64,000 nt of DNA from a virus (lineage: Duplodnaviria > Caudoviricetes): the IMG/VR virus record IMGVR_UViG_3300042291_001013. One strand, written 5' to 3'. The notes below the pieces were generated by a model. That model was not told the DNA's origin. It saw only the letters and a program-made list of their open reading frames with translations, and did not search any database. Positions 1-7,753 of this stretch are shown in pieces. Positions within the stretch are counted from its first letter, which is position 1. Every line of letters starts with the position of its first letter. A program made the translations under genes and the position numbers.

Positions 1-394
1 GTCTAAATGTGTTTATTGCGGGTGTGGGCAGTGTAATCTGATATCCTGTGCTGCCAAAGTTGGTAACCCCTGTAAAATCCACATACACATGTATATACAT
101 CAGCGGACCCATACGCACATAGGATGCTGTAGCAGTGCCGCCAGCAAATGTGCCTGATCCGTCAGTAAACTGCGGGTTGAATGTTGTGGTGCTGGTAACG
201 CCTGATCCGTATGCTACCAAATTTAGATTTCCATTGACGTTGCCTACATAGATATCTTGTGTGAGTTGGTTGACTACTAATTCGCTAGGGCGAGCAACAC
301 CATTGTAATTGCCAATGGTTTCTTGTGCGTTGTCCTTCATCACAGCACGGCTAATGCCTGTGATGTTGTCGTATGGTGGTGGTGGATTGGCCAT
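1..394 (-). CDS. Partial virion/tail-fibre-like protein (runs off the left edge; absent from the ORF track)
   Basis: Manual translation from ATG at 394: MANPPPPYDNITGISRAVMKDNAQETIGNYNGVARPSELVVNQLTQDIYVGNVNG...YVRMGPLMYIHVYVDFTG...ITLPTP, open to position 1. TAAATA box at 418-423 upstream. Confidence 0.7.
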   Translation of the reverse strand, partial: MANPPPPYDNITGISRAVMKDNAQETIGNYNGVARPSELVVNQLTQDIYVGNVNGNLNLVAYGSGVTSTTTFNPQFTDGSGTFAGGTATASYVRMGPLMYIHVYVDFTGVTNFGSTGYQITLPTPAINTFR

Positions 395-432
395 GATCTA
401 AATATTCCCCGTTGGAGTATTTAGCTACAGAT

Positions 433-813
433 TCAATAACCTTTGAAGGGCTTGAGTAGGCTCTGTCGATTTACTAATGCGGGCTCTAAGCTGTTGGGAG
501 TGCTTATCTGTACTTTTTTAACAGGCAAACCGGCCATTTTCAATGCGTAGTCAATTGCTGGCTCAACACCAGCATTGAATCCAGCAATCACAGCATCTTC
601 GCCAAATGCGGCTTCTGGTGTCCACTCGGGCATGTGGGGTATTGGATCTTGTGTGCCAGCATCACTTCTAGCACGGGCTATTGCCACACCCAGGCGATAT
701 ATTTGATAAGGATCACTAGACTTTACACCAGGCAATGTAAACACATGATTCATGGGATCTGCTTGCTCTGGCGGCAATGTTGCTTGTTCTGTAATAAACT
801 CACGGGCTCGCAT
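433..813 (-). CDS. Hypothetical protein, probable head-internal protein (paralogue of 813-1181)
   Basis: 126 aa; starts MRAREFITE, ends KPFKGY; sits in the late operon. Confidence 0.6.
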   Translation of the reverse strand: MRAREFITEQATLPPEQADPMNHVFTLPGVKSSDPYQIYRLGVAIARARSDAGTQDPIPHMPEWTPEAAFGEDAVIAGFNAGVEPAIDYALKMAGLPVKKVQISTPNSLEPALVNRQSLLKPFKGY

Positions 814-1181
814 TACTTGTAGCCCTTGAACGCCTGCACAGGGCTTGTGGTGTTTACTGCTGGATGTTCTTGTGAGTTAAGATCACCTTGATTTAAATCT
901 TCGTGATGGCTGCCCACTGCTTGATAGGCTTTCTTCAACATGTTCTGTTCTTCTGGAGTGTAAGGTGCCGCAATGTTGTTGCGTCCTGCCCATGACTCGC
1001 TATCTAGATCAGGAACAAATGTGCCATCTGTTGATGCCACGGCCATCATGATTCTGTTGAGTTCATACACACGGTCAGCAAACTGTTTGTCTCTAAACTT
1101 GTTGAGACCCACTGTGGCATTCTGATTGCGTTTGCTAATCTTGCCAACTGCTTCTTCTGCAATGAACTCTTGTGCTCGCAT
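813..1181 (-). CDS. Hypothetical protein, probable head-internal protein (paralogue of 433-813)
   Basis: Start moved to ATG 1181 (MRAQEFIAEE) because the track start at 1241 overlaps the upstream gene; ends QAFKGYK. Confidence 0.6.
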   Translation of the reverse strand: MRAQEFIAEEAVGKISKRNQNATVGLNKFRDKQFADRVYELNRIMMAVASTDGTFVPDLDSESWAGRNNIAAPYTPEEQNMLKKAYQAVGSHHEDLNQGDLNSQEHPAVNTTSPVQAFKGYK

Positions 1182-1183
1182 TG

Positions 1184-1483
1184 TTAGGGAGTGCTTCCAT
1201 ACCCAATCACTCCAGATTGCGCAGAACTTGCTGTGCCGCATGCGAGAGCAGTAAATGTGGTCCCAACTATGATAAGATAATTTCCTGCACCAACATAAAC
1301 GTAGTGTGTTGATCCAGCAGGAACTCTAACTACATTGGCATATAAATTGCCCACTGCATTAGCAGTACCTAGTGCAGTGGCAAAAACTTGATAGGTAACA
1401 TCATTAGTGACAGCGTTAAATTCTGCTTTGTCTGTTGTCCATAATACATTGCCCGCGGTGTTAACAACTTGAACGGCAGCCAT
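1184..1483 (-). CDS. Small beta-rich hypothetical virion protein
   Basis: 99 aa, Ala/Thr/Val-rich, tightly packed between neighbours. Confidence 0.55.
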   Translation of the reverse strand: MAAVQVVNTAGNVLWTTDKAEFNAVTNDVTYQVFATALGTANAVGNLYANVVRVPAGSTHYVYVGAGNYLIIVGTTFTALACGTASSAQSGVIGYGSTP

Positions 1484-1653
1484 TATTTGCTATCCTGATT
1501 GGGTTGAATCACCACAGGTTGAAACAACTCACGTGTTTGATGCAACACTCCAGGAATTTCCACTGGTTGTTGCTTGTACCCACTGGTAGCAGGACTGTGA
1601 GGGTTCTGCTGTGTGGTTGTGTTTAAATTTTCGTTGTAGGGTTTATATGTCAT
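1483..1653 (-). CDS. Small hypothetical protein (56 aa)
   Basis: Likely start ATG 1653 (MTYKPYNENL), 1 nt after the stop of 1655-3943; the longer track start overlaps that gene. Confidence 0.45.
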   Translation of the reverse strand: MTYKPYNENLNTTTQQNPHSPATSGYKQQPVEIPGVLHQTRELFQPVVIQPNQDSK

Positions 1654-1654
1654 A

Positions 1655-3943
1655 TTAGACTCCAGCCTGAACTTTATATTCTTTCCAAAGATTAGCGGTA
1701 GCAGCCAATATGCCTTCGTCCACTTTTTTCTCTTTGTCTTTTGCTTTTCCAAGGTCTTTTGAACCTTTTCCGTCTTGAGCGTAATCTGGAATGCCATCTT
1801 TGTTAGCATCGGGCTTCTTGGCTTCTTTAACGCCGGCCATTTCCATCATGCGCTTGATAGCATCTTCTTCTTCGGCAGCATAACTTTCTTGACGTTCTTC
1901 TTGGCTGGCCAATACTGGCACAGTTGATTGTCCAGTTGACTTGGGCTTGTTCAAGCCGCCTGAGTATTCAAAGTTATCTTCAGCTTGTTCAGTGTCTGTA
2001 GGATAGTCTGGAGCATTTTGATCTACAACATTGTCACCATAGGCTTCGTCCATTTCTTGATCGCCACATGAGCAGTCAGGGGTGCCGCAGCCACAAGCAG
2101 ACTGGTGCCCAGATCCGCCGTAGCCTTCATCGCCGCCGCCAAGTCCAGCGTTTTTCAACAGTGTACCCAGTTTCAATGCGTCATCGTCTGTGGCAGTTAC
2201 AGTAAGACTTTTGCCAGGACCGCCTTGAGCATCTGAATTCATGTTCATGCTGACATTCATGCTTTCGTTCAAACGGCTCATGCTTTCTTTGATCATGTTT
2301 TCCAAATCATGATTCATTGAATCATAAATGCCTTGACCAAAGCTAAAGCCACTTGACGCTGTGGGGGTTGATGTTCCGCCTGCTTCTTCAGTTTTTTCTT
2401 TCTTTTTGCCTTCAGGCTTTTTCTTTTCGGGCAAGCCTTTGTGCTTGGTGCTGGCAAAGTCTTCAGCATCTGATTTTTTCATTGTCTTGGCAACTTTACC
2501 AACTTCTTTGCTGGCAGGCTTTTCGCCTTTTTGTGCGGCATGTACCATGCCCATGAATCTTTGTTGCTTTTTGCTAGTTGCTTTTTCGTCAACTTGCTCA
2601 GCACCATCGGCTGCCTTGCTAACTTTGTAGCCAGCTTTCTTTAACATGGCCATAGCTTGTTTGATGTCATCGCTTTCGTCATCGCCTTCGTTGGTTTTCT
2701 TGCTTTGGAATGTGGTACGGTCAGCTTTGCGGCTCTTGGCAGTCACACGTTCCTGACGTGGACCATCTGTGCTCTTGGGACGACCACGACCACGTTTTTC
2801 TGCCTGAGCATCACCGGCGTCATCAGCGCCTACTGAGTTGCCTTGGTCATCAACTCTGCGAGTTACTTTACGGCCTGTAGAAGTGTGCTCAATATCATGC
2901 TTGTGGCCACGTTCAATTGATCCAACCTGAGGTTTTTCTGCACGTGGCTTCTTCCATGATGTAAACGGATTGTTATCATCATCTTCTTCAGTGGTTTCTT
3001 GCTTGCCGCCTTTGCGCAACATAGCAAAGTCATTGGCGTCTAGTTTGCCGTTGTTGTTCTTGTCTAATTTCTTTTGACCACCGCTGAGTGCGCCTTTCAT
3101 GGCTTCTGCAGCCACATCGCCTAGCATTTCATCAACTTCTTTTTTGGCGCCGGCAATCTTGTCAGCAAAAGTGATTTTGTTTGCAGGTGGTGCAAGTTTG
3201 GCAAATGACTTTTGTTTAGGTGTCATTGGTGCACCGGCTTCTGGCAAATTGGGTTCTGCGTGTGTTCCGTGTGCGTCTTTGATACTGCCTTTGAGGCTGG
3301 TGATTTGATTGCGAGAAGGCAAACCTTTTCTTGGTCCTTTTTCTACAGGACTGCCGCTGCCGCCGCGCCCAAAGCCCTTGCGTAGTGGATCGTTGTGGTC
3401 AAATTCGCTGCCGCCTATTTTGCGTTTTCTACCTTCATAGTCATCGGGTTTTGGATTATAATAGAGCTCATCGGCGTCAGGGCCGTAGGTGTAGTCTAGT
3501 GGTTCTACTGTGTACAATTTGTCTTTGTACTTGGGGTCACGGTATTTGGCAGCTTCGGTTGTTTTTTGTTCTGGCTTCTTGCCTGTTTGTGGCACACCCA
3601 TCTTGCGTTGCAGGTCACGGATCATGTCAGCATCGCTGCCGTGTCCAACTTTGTCTAGTATGGCGCCGCCAACTTTCTTGGCCATGCCGCCTGCTTTCTT
3701 TATCATGTCGCCCATGCCTTCGTCTACTTCAGTGTTATCGTACTTGTCATACTTGGCACGAACTGGATCCAACGATTTGCCTTCTCGGCCAGCTTTGGCC
3801 AAGGCTTCCATGCCCTCTTTGCCGTACTTCTCATAGCCCTTGGCCGCACGACTCATGTCACGTTCGTTCAATTGTTTGTGAGTCAGTTCTGGCGTGGCAC
3901 GAATGGTGTCGAGTTTTTTGTTTAGGTTGTAAAAAAATGTCAT
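1655..3943 (-). CDS. Large low-complexity charged protein, probable head-internal polyprotein
   Basis: 762 aa, K/E/G/D-rich; contains an AT-hook (KRGRGRPK), EF-hand-like DKNNNGKLDAND, a CGCGTPDCSC cluster and many x-x-E putative maturation sites. Confidence 0.65.
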   Translation of the reverse strand: MTFFYNLNKKLDTIRATPELTHKQLNERDMSRAAKGYEKYGKEGMEALAKAGREGKSLDPVRAKYDKYDNTEVDEGMGDMIKKAGGMAKKVGGAILDKVGHGSDADMIRDLQRKMGVPQTGKKPEQKTTEAAKYRDPKYKDKLYTVEPLDYTYGPDADELYYNPKPDDYEGRKRKIGGSEFDHNDPLRKGFGRGGSGSPVEKGPRKGLPSRNQITSLKGSIKDAHGTHAEPNLPEAGAPMTPKQKSFAKLAPPANKITFADKIAGAKKEVDEMLGDVAAEAMKGALSGGQKKLDKNNNGKLDANDFAMLRKGGKQETTEEDDDNNPFTSWKKPRAEKPQVGSIERGHKHDIEHTSTGRKVTRRVDDQGNSVGADDAGDAQAEKRGRGRPKSTDGPRQERVTAKSRKADRTTFQSKKTNEGDDESDDIKQAMAMLKKAGYKVSKAADGAEQVDEKATSKKQQRFMGMVHAAQKGEKPASKEVGKVAKTMKKSDAEDFASTKHKGLPEKKKPEGKKKEKTEEAGGTSTPTASSGFSFGQGIYDSMNHDLENMIKESMSRLNESMNVSMNMNSDAQGGPGKSLTVTATDDDALKLGTLLKNAGLGGGDEGYGGSGHQSACGCGTPDCSCGDQEMDEAYGDNVVDQNAPDYPTDTEQAEDNFEYSGGLNKPKSTGQSTVPVLASQEERQESYAAEEEDAIKRMMEMAGVKEAKKPDANKDGIPDYAQDGKGSKDLGKAKDKEKKVDEGILAATANLWKEYKVQAGV

Positions 3944-3948
3944 TTCAA

Positions 3949-4554
3949 TTATCCTCTAGGGTTTGCGCCAGTTGCTGGCTTGGGGGAACGCTTGATATTG
4001 GTCATTGGGCTCTTGTTGCCCATGGGCAATTCATTTGTGGTCTTGGCAGGAGGTGTCTTGCCCCCAGCCACAGTAAAATTGGTCTTGTATGCGTTTTTCA
4101 CAACTTCATGATCGTAAGGACCAGTTGCATAATCTTTCTTCAATGCTCGTTGTTCAGCATCGGGTGCAGGATAAGGAGAGTCTAACAAGTCTTTGTTTTG
4201 ATCTTCAATCTTGACAGATTCAGCGTCCATACTTTCTTCGTATGGAGTAGCCATCATCACAATACGATTTGGATCCAGCCCCAACAACTGTGCCAACTGT
4301 TTGATTTGTGGCTCAACAGCTGGGTACTTGAATTCCACATCCACTCTTGAAACTGCCTGGTTGGGAAATGCTGGAAAGTCTGGAATGACTTTGCGCACTG
4401 GTGTGCTTTTGGCATCGCCCATTTTGACAATGTCAAATTGTTGGCATTTGTCTCGTAGCTCTTTGAAGAAGCCTGCGGGAACGTCGCCAACCACTTTGAT
4501 GCGATAGTTGTATGTACGTTCGCTTTCTGCTAGGTATTTTGCAAATGGTTTCAT
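3949..4554 (-). CDS. Hypothetical protein, probably virion-associated
   Basis: 201 aa; N-terminus MKPFAKYLAE; TAAATA box at 4573-4578. Confidence 0.6.
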   Translation of the reverse strand: MKPFAKYLAESERTYNYRIKVVGDVPAGFFKELRDKCQQFDIVKMGDAKSTPVRKVIPDFPAFPNQAVSRVDVEFKYPAVEPQIKQLAQLLGLDPNRIVMMATPYEESMDAESVKIEDQNKDLLDSPYPAPDAEQRALKKDYATGPYDHEVVKNAYKTNFTVAGGKTPPAKTTNELPMGNKSPMTNIKRSPKPATGANPRG

Positions 4555-4575
4555 ATCTGGTATCCTGTTGTATAT

Positions 4576-5076
4576 TTATTCTTTTTGCGCTTTTTGGCCT
4601 TTGCCAATGATGCGCTCTAGTAGATCATTGCGACTCAATACCACGCCGTGCGCTGTTTGTGTGGCAGCTTCGGGGTCCTTGGCTTCAAGTGCCTGCTGTT
4701 GTTGATCCAACCGCATTTTTTTCATTTGTAAATCAATCATCTTGAGTTTTTTGTCTAGCTTGGCTGTTTTTGCTGTGATAGCATGCCCTAGCATATTGCT
4801 GGCAACACCAAAGATTTCGCTGGCAAATCTTGAATCCACTTGCATGCCAAGATCCATGAGATCTTTGTAGCTGGATTTTGCTAGATCACTCAGCTCGTCC
4901 ATTTCTGTATCAGTGGCATCTAGACCCTTGACAGCAGGTAATGCATTGTCTATTTTATCAATAGCGTCGTCTAGAGCTTGCAGGGTTTCTTTGTTGGTGG
5001 AAAGTGCAGGTAGAGCAAGGTCTACTTCTTCTTCAGTTGGGGGCAGGTCAAAAAGTTCTTCAAGTTTGCGAGTCAT
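4576..5076 (-). CDS. gp16: Terminase small subunit (T4 gp16-like)
   Basis: 166 aa helical protein (MTRKLEELFDL...LMDLGMQVDSRFASEIFGVA...KKLKMIDLQMKK), next to gp4. Confidence 0.6.
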   Translation of the reverse strand: MTRKLEELFDLPPTEEEVDLALPALSTNKETLQALDDAIDKIDNALPAVKGLDATDTEMDELSDLAKSSYKDLMDLGMQVDSRFASEIFGVASNMLGHAITAKTAKLDKKLKMIDLQMKKMRLDQQQQALEAKDPEAATQTAHGVVLSRNDLLERIIGKGQKAQKE

Positions 5077-5091
5077 GCCATATTTAGTGAC

Positions 5092-5523
5092 TCATGCTCG
5101 ACCGTTGTGGAACATTTGATCTTCTGTGATAACTCTAAATGCCAGGCCCTGGCGTTTGCACCATTTGGTTGCGGCCTGCCATTTGGCATAGTTAATAGCT
5201 ACCACAGCTCGATCACGGCTGTTCATTTTTGACTCAATTACACTTTGTTTTTTGGGTTTGATTTCGATCAGTTCAGCTCGCATGGTGTTGTTGCGAGTGC
5301 GGTAGGTGATCAAGAAGTCTGGCACGTATATGGTTTGTTTGCCAGTCAGCGGGTGTCTGTAGGGTATTTGCACTGCTTCGCTGGCCCACTGCAATATGTG
5401 ATCGTTATTGTCACAAAAACGCATGAAGCTCAGTTCCCAGCCACTGCGGAATCTAGGTTTGCCAGAGCCCACATACTTCTGGGGGTTCATTACATCATAA
5501 AACCCTTGTGCCCACTTGGCCAT
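5092..5523 (-). CDS. gp4: Head completion nuclease (T4 gp4, TnsA-like PD-(D/E)xK fold)
   Basis: NPQKYVG..PRFRSGWE..FM.FCD.N..ILQWASE...IPY..P..G....YVPDF...ELIEIKP. Confidence 0.85.
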   Translation of the reverse strand: MAKWAQGFYDVMNPQKYVGSGKPRFRSGWELSFMRFCDNNDHILQWASEAVQIPYRHPLTGKQTIYVPDFLITYRTRNNTMRAELIEIKPKKQSVIESKMNSRDRAVVAINYAKWQAATKWCKRQGLAFRVITEDQMFHNGRA

Positions 5524-5882
5524 TACTGCACCACATTTCTAGCCGCATAAAAATTTGGCGTAACTGGTACACCCACGCCCAGCAGTGTGGCTTTGTTGCG
5601 TATACTGTTGAGATAGTAGGCCAGATTAGCGTTAAGGCTCATGCCGTTGGCGCCAGAGAATCCTGCCAACAAATCCAAGGCAGGTATTTTGGTTTCGTCC
5701 GCTACTCTAAACAAGCTCACTGTGAAGTTGCCAGCGGCAGTTTTGTCAGTCATTTCTTGCAAAAAGAACGAATGTACAATGTCATACTCGTTGGCTGGTA
5801 TGTTGAGTTCATACTCGTAGAAACTGTCAAACACTCGTACTGTTTGATCAAGGTTGAAGTTGGTAAAATTAATGCTAGACAT
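5523..5882 (-). CDS. Hypothetical protein
   Basis: 119 aa with a perfect TATAAATA at 5895-5902 upstream. Confidence 0.6.
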   Translation of the reverse strand: MSSINFTNFNLDQTVRVFDSFYEYELNIPANEYDIVHSFFLQEMTDKTAAGNFTVSLFRVADETKIPALDLLAGFSGANGMSLNANLAYYLNSIRNKATLLGVGVPVTPNFYAARNVVQ

Positions 5883-5905
5883 AATACTGTGGAGTATTTA
5901 TAGCA

Positions 5906-7048
5906 TCAAGGATTGGTGGTTGGCCCATTGGGTGTTGGGAAGAACATACCATTGGGACGGCCTTGCATAGACTTCACTGCTCCAGGTATTGATCCTTTGA
6001 CAACGTCTGTGCCCAGTCGTGTGGCTTCCGAAGCCGCAATACTCTTGATGTTTTTGCCTTTGAATGTGTTGAACACTGTACCGGCCTTTTGTACAGCACC
6101 AATAGCACCCAGTGGTCCACCGCTTTGTAAGTCTTGCAAAATACCTGCTCCTGCGTCCAATAAACCACCTTGGCCCATGATTGTGGCATTGCTGCCTGGT
6201 CTTGAAATGGGACTCAACGTTGTATCATAGTGTGCAGGATCAGCAAAGCCTTGCACGTTGATATCTGGACGCTGGCTACCAATGGCGCCGGTGTAATATT
6301 TTACTGTTTCGTAGCTGAGTTGCATGGTGTTGGTCATAGTGCCACTACCTTGACTGTAGTCATATTGATCGTGCTGGAAACTAGATATCAACGGATTGAT
6401 CAACACATACTCAGCGTACTTGTGTTGATCCATGCCATAAATTCTGATGTCGCGAAAGAATGGTGGCTTGCCTGAATTGGTCAACAATGACGTATTGCCA
6501 TCATTAAAGGCTTCGCCAATGTAACCCCAGTCGCTGACTTGACGTTTGTCATCATAGATGTCTCGGGCGTTGTATCCAAAACCAGTTTGTCTGTTTGCGC
6601 TTGGTCCCATGCTGCCGTTTTGGCTGTTGGGTGAAAGATAATTTTGGCTTGGATCTTTGTAGTAGTAAGCATAGTAGTTGTACCACATGGTACGCACTAG
6701 GTCGCCTGAGTCATCGTGAAAAGTAATACTCACAGGATCATAGTTGATCTTGGTTTGTATTACACGTTTACGATTGTATTGGTTAAGCGTCTCAGTGGCT
6801 ATTGTGTACTTGGGAAGGTCAATTGTTTTTACCACAAGACTGACATTTTTAACACCGTCTGATCCCATGGCTGCTTTTAAAGTTGGGATCTCTTGATAGT
6901 TTAGTGTAAAGCTGACATGGAATAAAAACTTGTACCGTGGCTTGAGCTCAAACGAATTTGCGGTAAAGGTTTTGTTTGCGTGACGATAATCACGCAAACT
7001 GTCAACTGTGGTGAATCCCTTGAAGAATTCCTGGCCAAATGTTGGCAT
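5906..7048 (-). CDS. Tail-tube-fold paralogue (gp19/gp3/gp54 family) with Gly-rich C-terminal extension
   Basis: PRYKFLFHVSF...VKTIDLPKY...NQYNRKRVIQTKINYDPVSITFHDD; directly downstream of the tube gene. Confidence 0.65.
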   Translation of the reverse strand: MPTFGQEFFKGFTTVDSLRDYRHANKTFTANSFELKPRYKFLFHVSFTLNYQEIPTLKAAMGSDGVKNVSLVVKTIDLPKYTIATETLNQYNRKRVIQTKINYDPVSITFHDDSGDLVRTMWYNYYAYYYKDPSQNYLSPNSQNGSMGPSANRQTGFGYNARDIYDDKRQVSDWGYIGEAFNDGNTSLLTNSGKPPFFRDIRIYGMDQHKYAEYVLINPLISSFQHDQYDYSQGSGTMTNTMQLSYETVKYYTGAIGSQRPDINVQGFADPAHYDTTLSPISRPGSNATIMGQGGLLDAGAGILQDLQSGGPLGAIGAVQKAGTVFNTFKGKNIKSIAASEATRLGTDVVKGSIPGAVKSMQGRPNGMFFPTPNGPTTNP

Positions 7049-7059
7049 ATTAACCTGCC

Positions 7060-7686
7060 TTAGGTATTACCAATGCCCGCGCCTGTTACAACGTCACCAA
7101 GGGTTCTACCAATTTCTGTACCAACACCGCTACCGTTAGGTGACTGGTTGGCGTTATCGTAAGCAATGGTCAAGTTAACTGTGACTGCTTCGTTGCTACT
7201 GTAATTCAATTCACCGTAGTCTGCGCCTTTGAGGTAGCAGCCATACAGTTCCCAGGTTTCTAAAACCACTGGTTCTGAAGCTCCGTTGCCACCGTCAAGT
7301 ACCTGGATCTTGGTCAAGAATTTGTAGTCAATTCCTGATGACGCAGATGCCATTTCTAAAAAGTCCATTTGTTTCTGGAACTGTTCGCCTATCAACTTGG
7401 TCACACTGCCTGATGCATCATCTCTAATAGAGCAAGCAACGTCTGCCCAGGTATGACGTCCAGCCAGCTTTAGTGTGCTGTTATAGATAGGAATTGCAAT
7501 TTCTTCAAATGTCAAGTTTGGTCGAGCTACGCTGATAACCTGCTTGGTCAATTCTGTTGTGGGCTTTGATATGCCAAAGTTCTCAAAAAATACTCTAAAT
7601 CGATATTTGAGCTTGGGCATCAATAGGCCCTGGGTGGCTTGCCCTCCCAGTGGTACTGACATTTTGTTAAGTGATGCGCTTGCCAT
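7060..7686 (-). CDS. gp19: Tail tube protein
   Basis: 208 aa LLMPKLKYRFRV.F...W.DV.CSIRDD...ETWELYGCY...L.Y.S.EAVTVNLTIAYDNA; follows the sheath; SD AGGAGA and TAAATA upstream. Confidence 0.85.
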   Translation of the reverse strand: MASASLNKMSVPLGGQATQGLLMPKLKYRFRVFFENFGISKPTTELTKQVISVARPNLTFEEIAIPIYNSTLKLAGRHTWADVACSIRDDASGSVTKLIGEQFQKQMDFLEMASASSGIDYKFLTKIQVLDGGNGASEPVVLETWELYGCYLKGADYGELNYSSNEAVTVNLTIAYDNANQSPNGSGVGTEIGRTLGDVVTGAGIGNT

Positions 7687-7722
7687 TATTCGTTATCTCC
7701 TATATGTTTATTTACCTGAACT

Positions 7723-7744
7723 GGGGGCCGAAAAAACAGCCCCC
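7723..7744 (-). terminator. GC hairpin between sheath and tube genes (terminator or RNA-stabilising stem)
   Basis: GGGGGC/GCCCCC stem with a 10 nt loop; no clear U-tract. Confidence 0.4.
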
Positions 7745-7753
7745 ATTTCTCTA

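Noticed and set aside
1184-1260. GC-richer segment resembling a tRNA end
   Set aside because: No cloverleaf or T-loop consensus; it is the 3' end of the 99 aa ORF. No tRNA genes were recognised anywhere in the window.
3331-4185. 284 aa Cys-rich + strand ORF
   Set aside because: Antisense to two well-supported genes, with no coherent motif.
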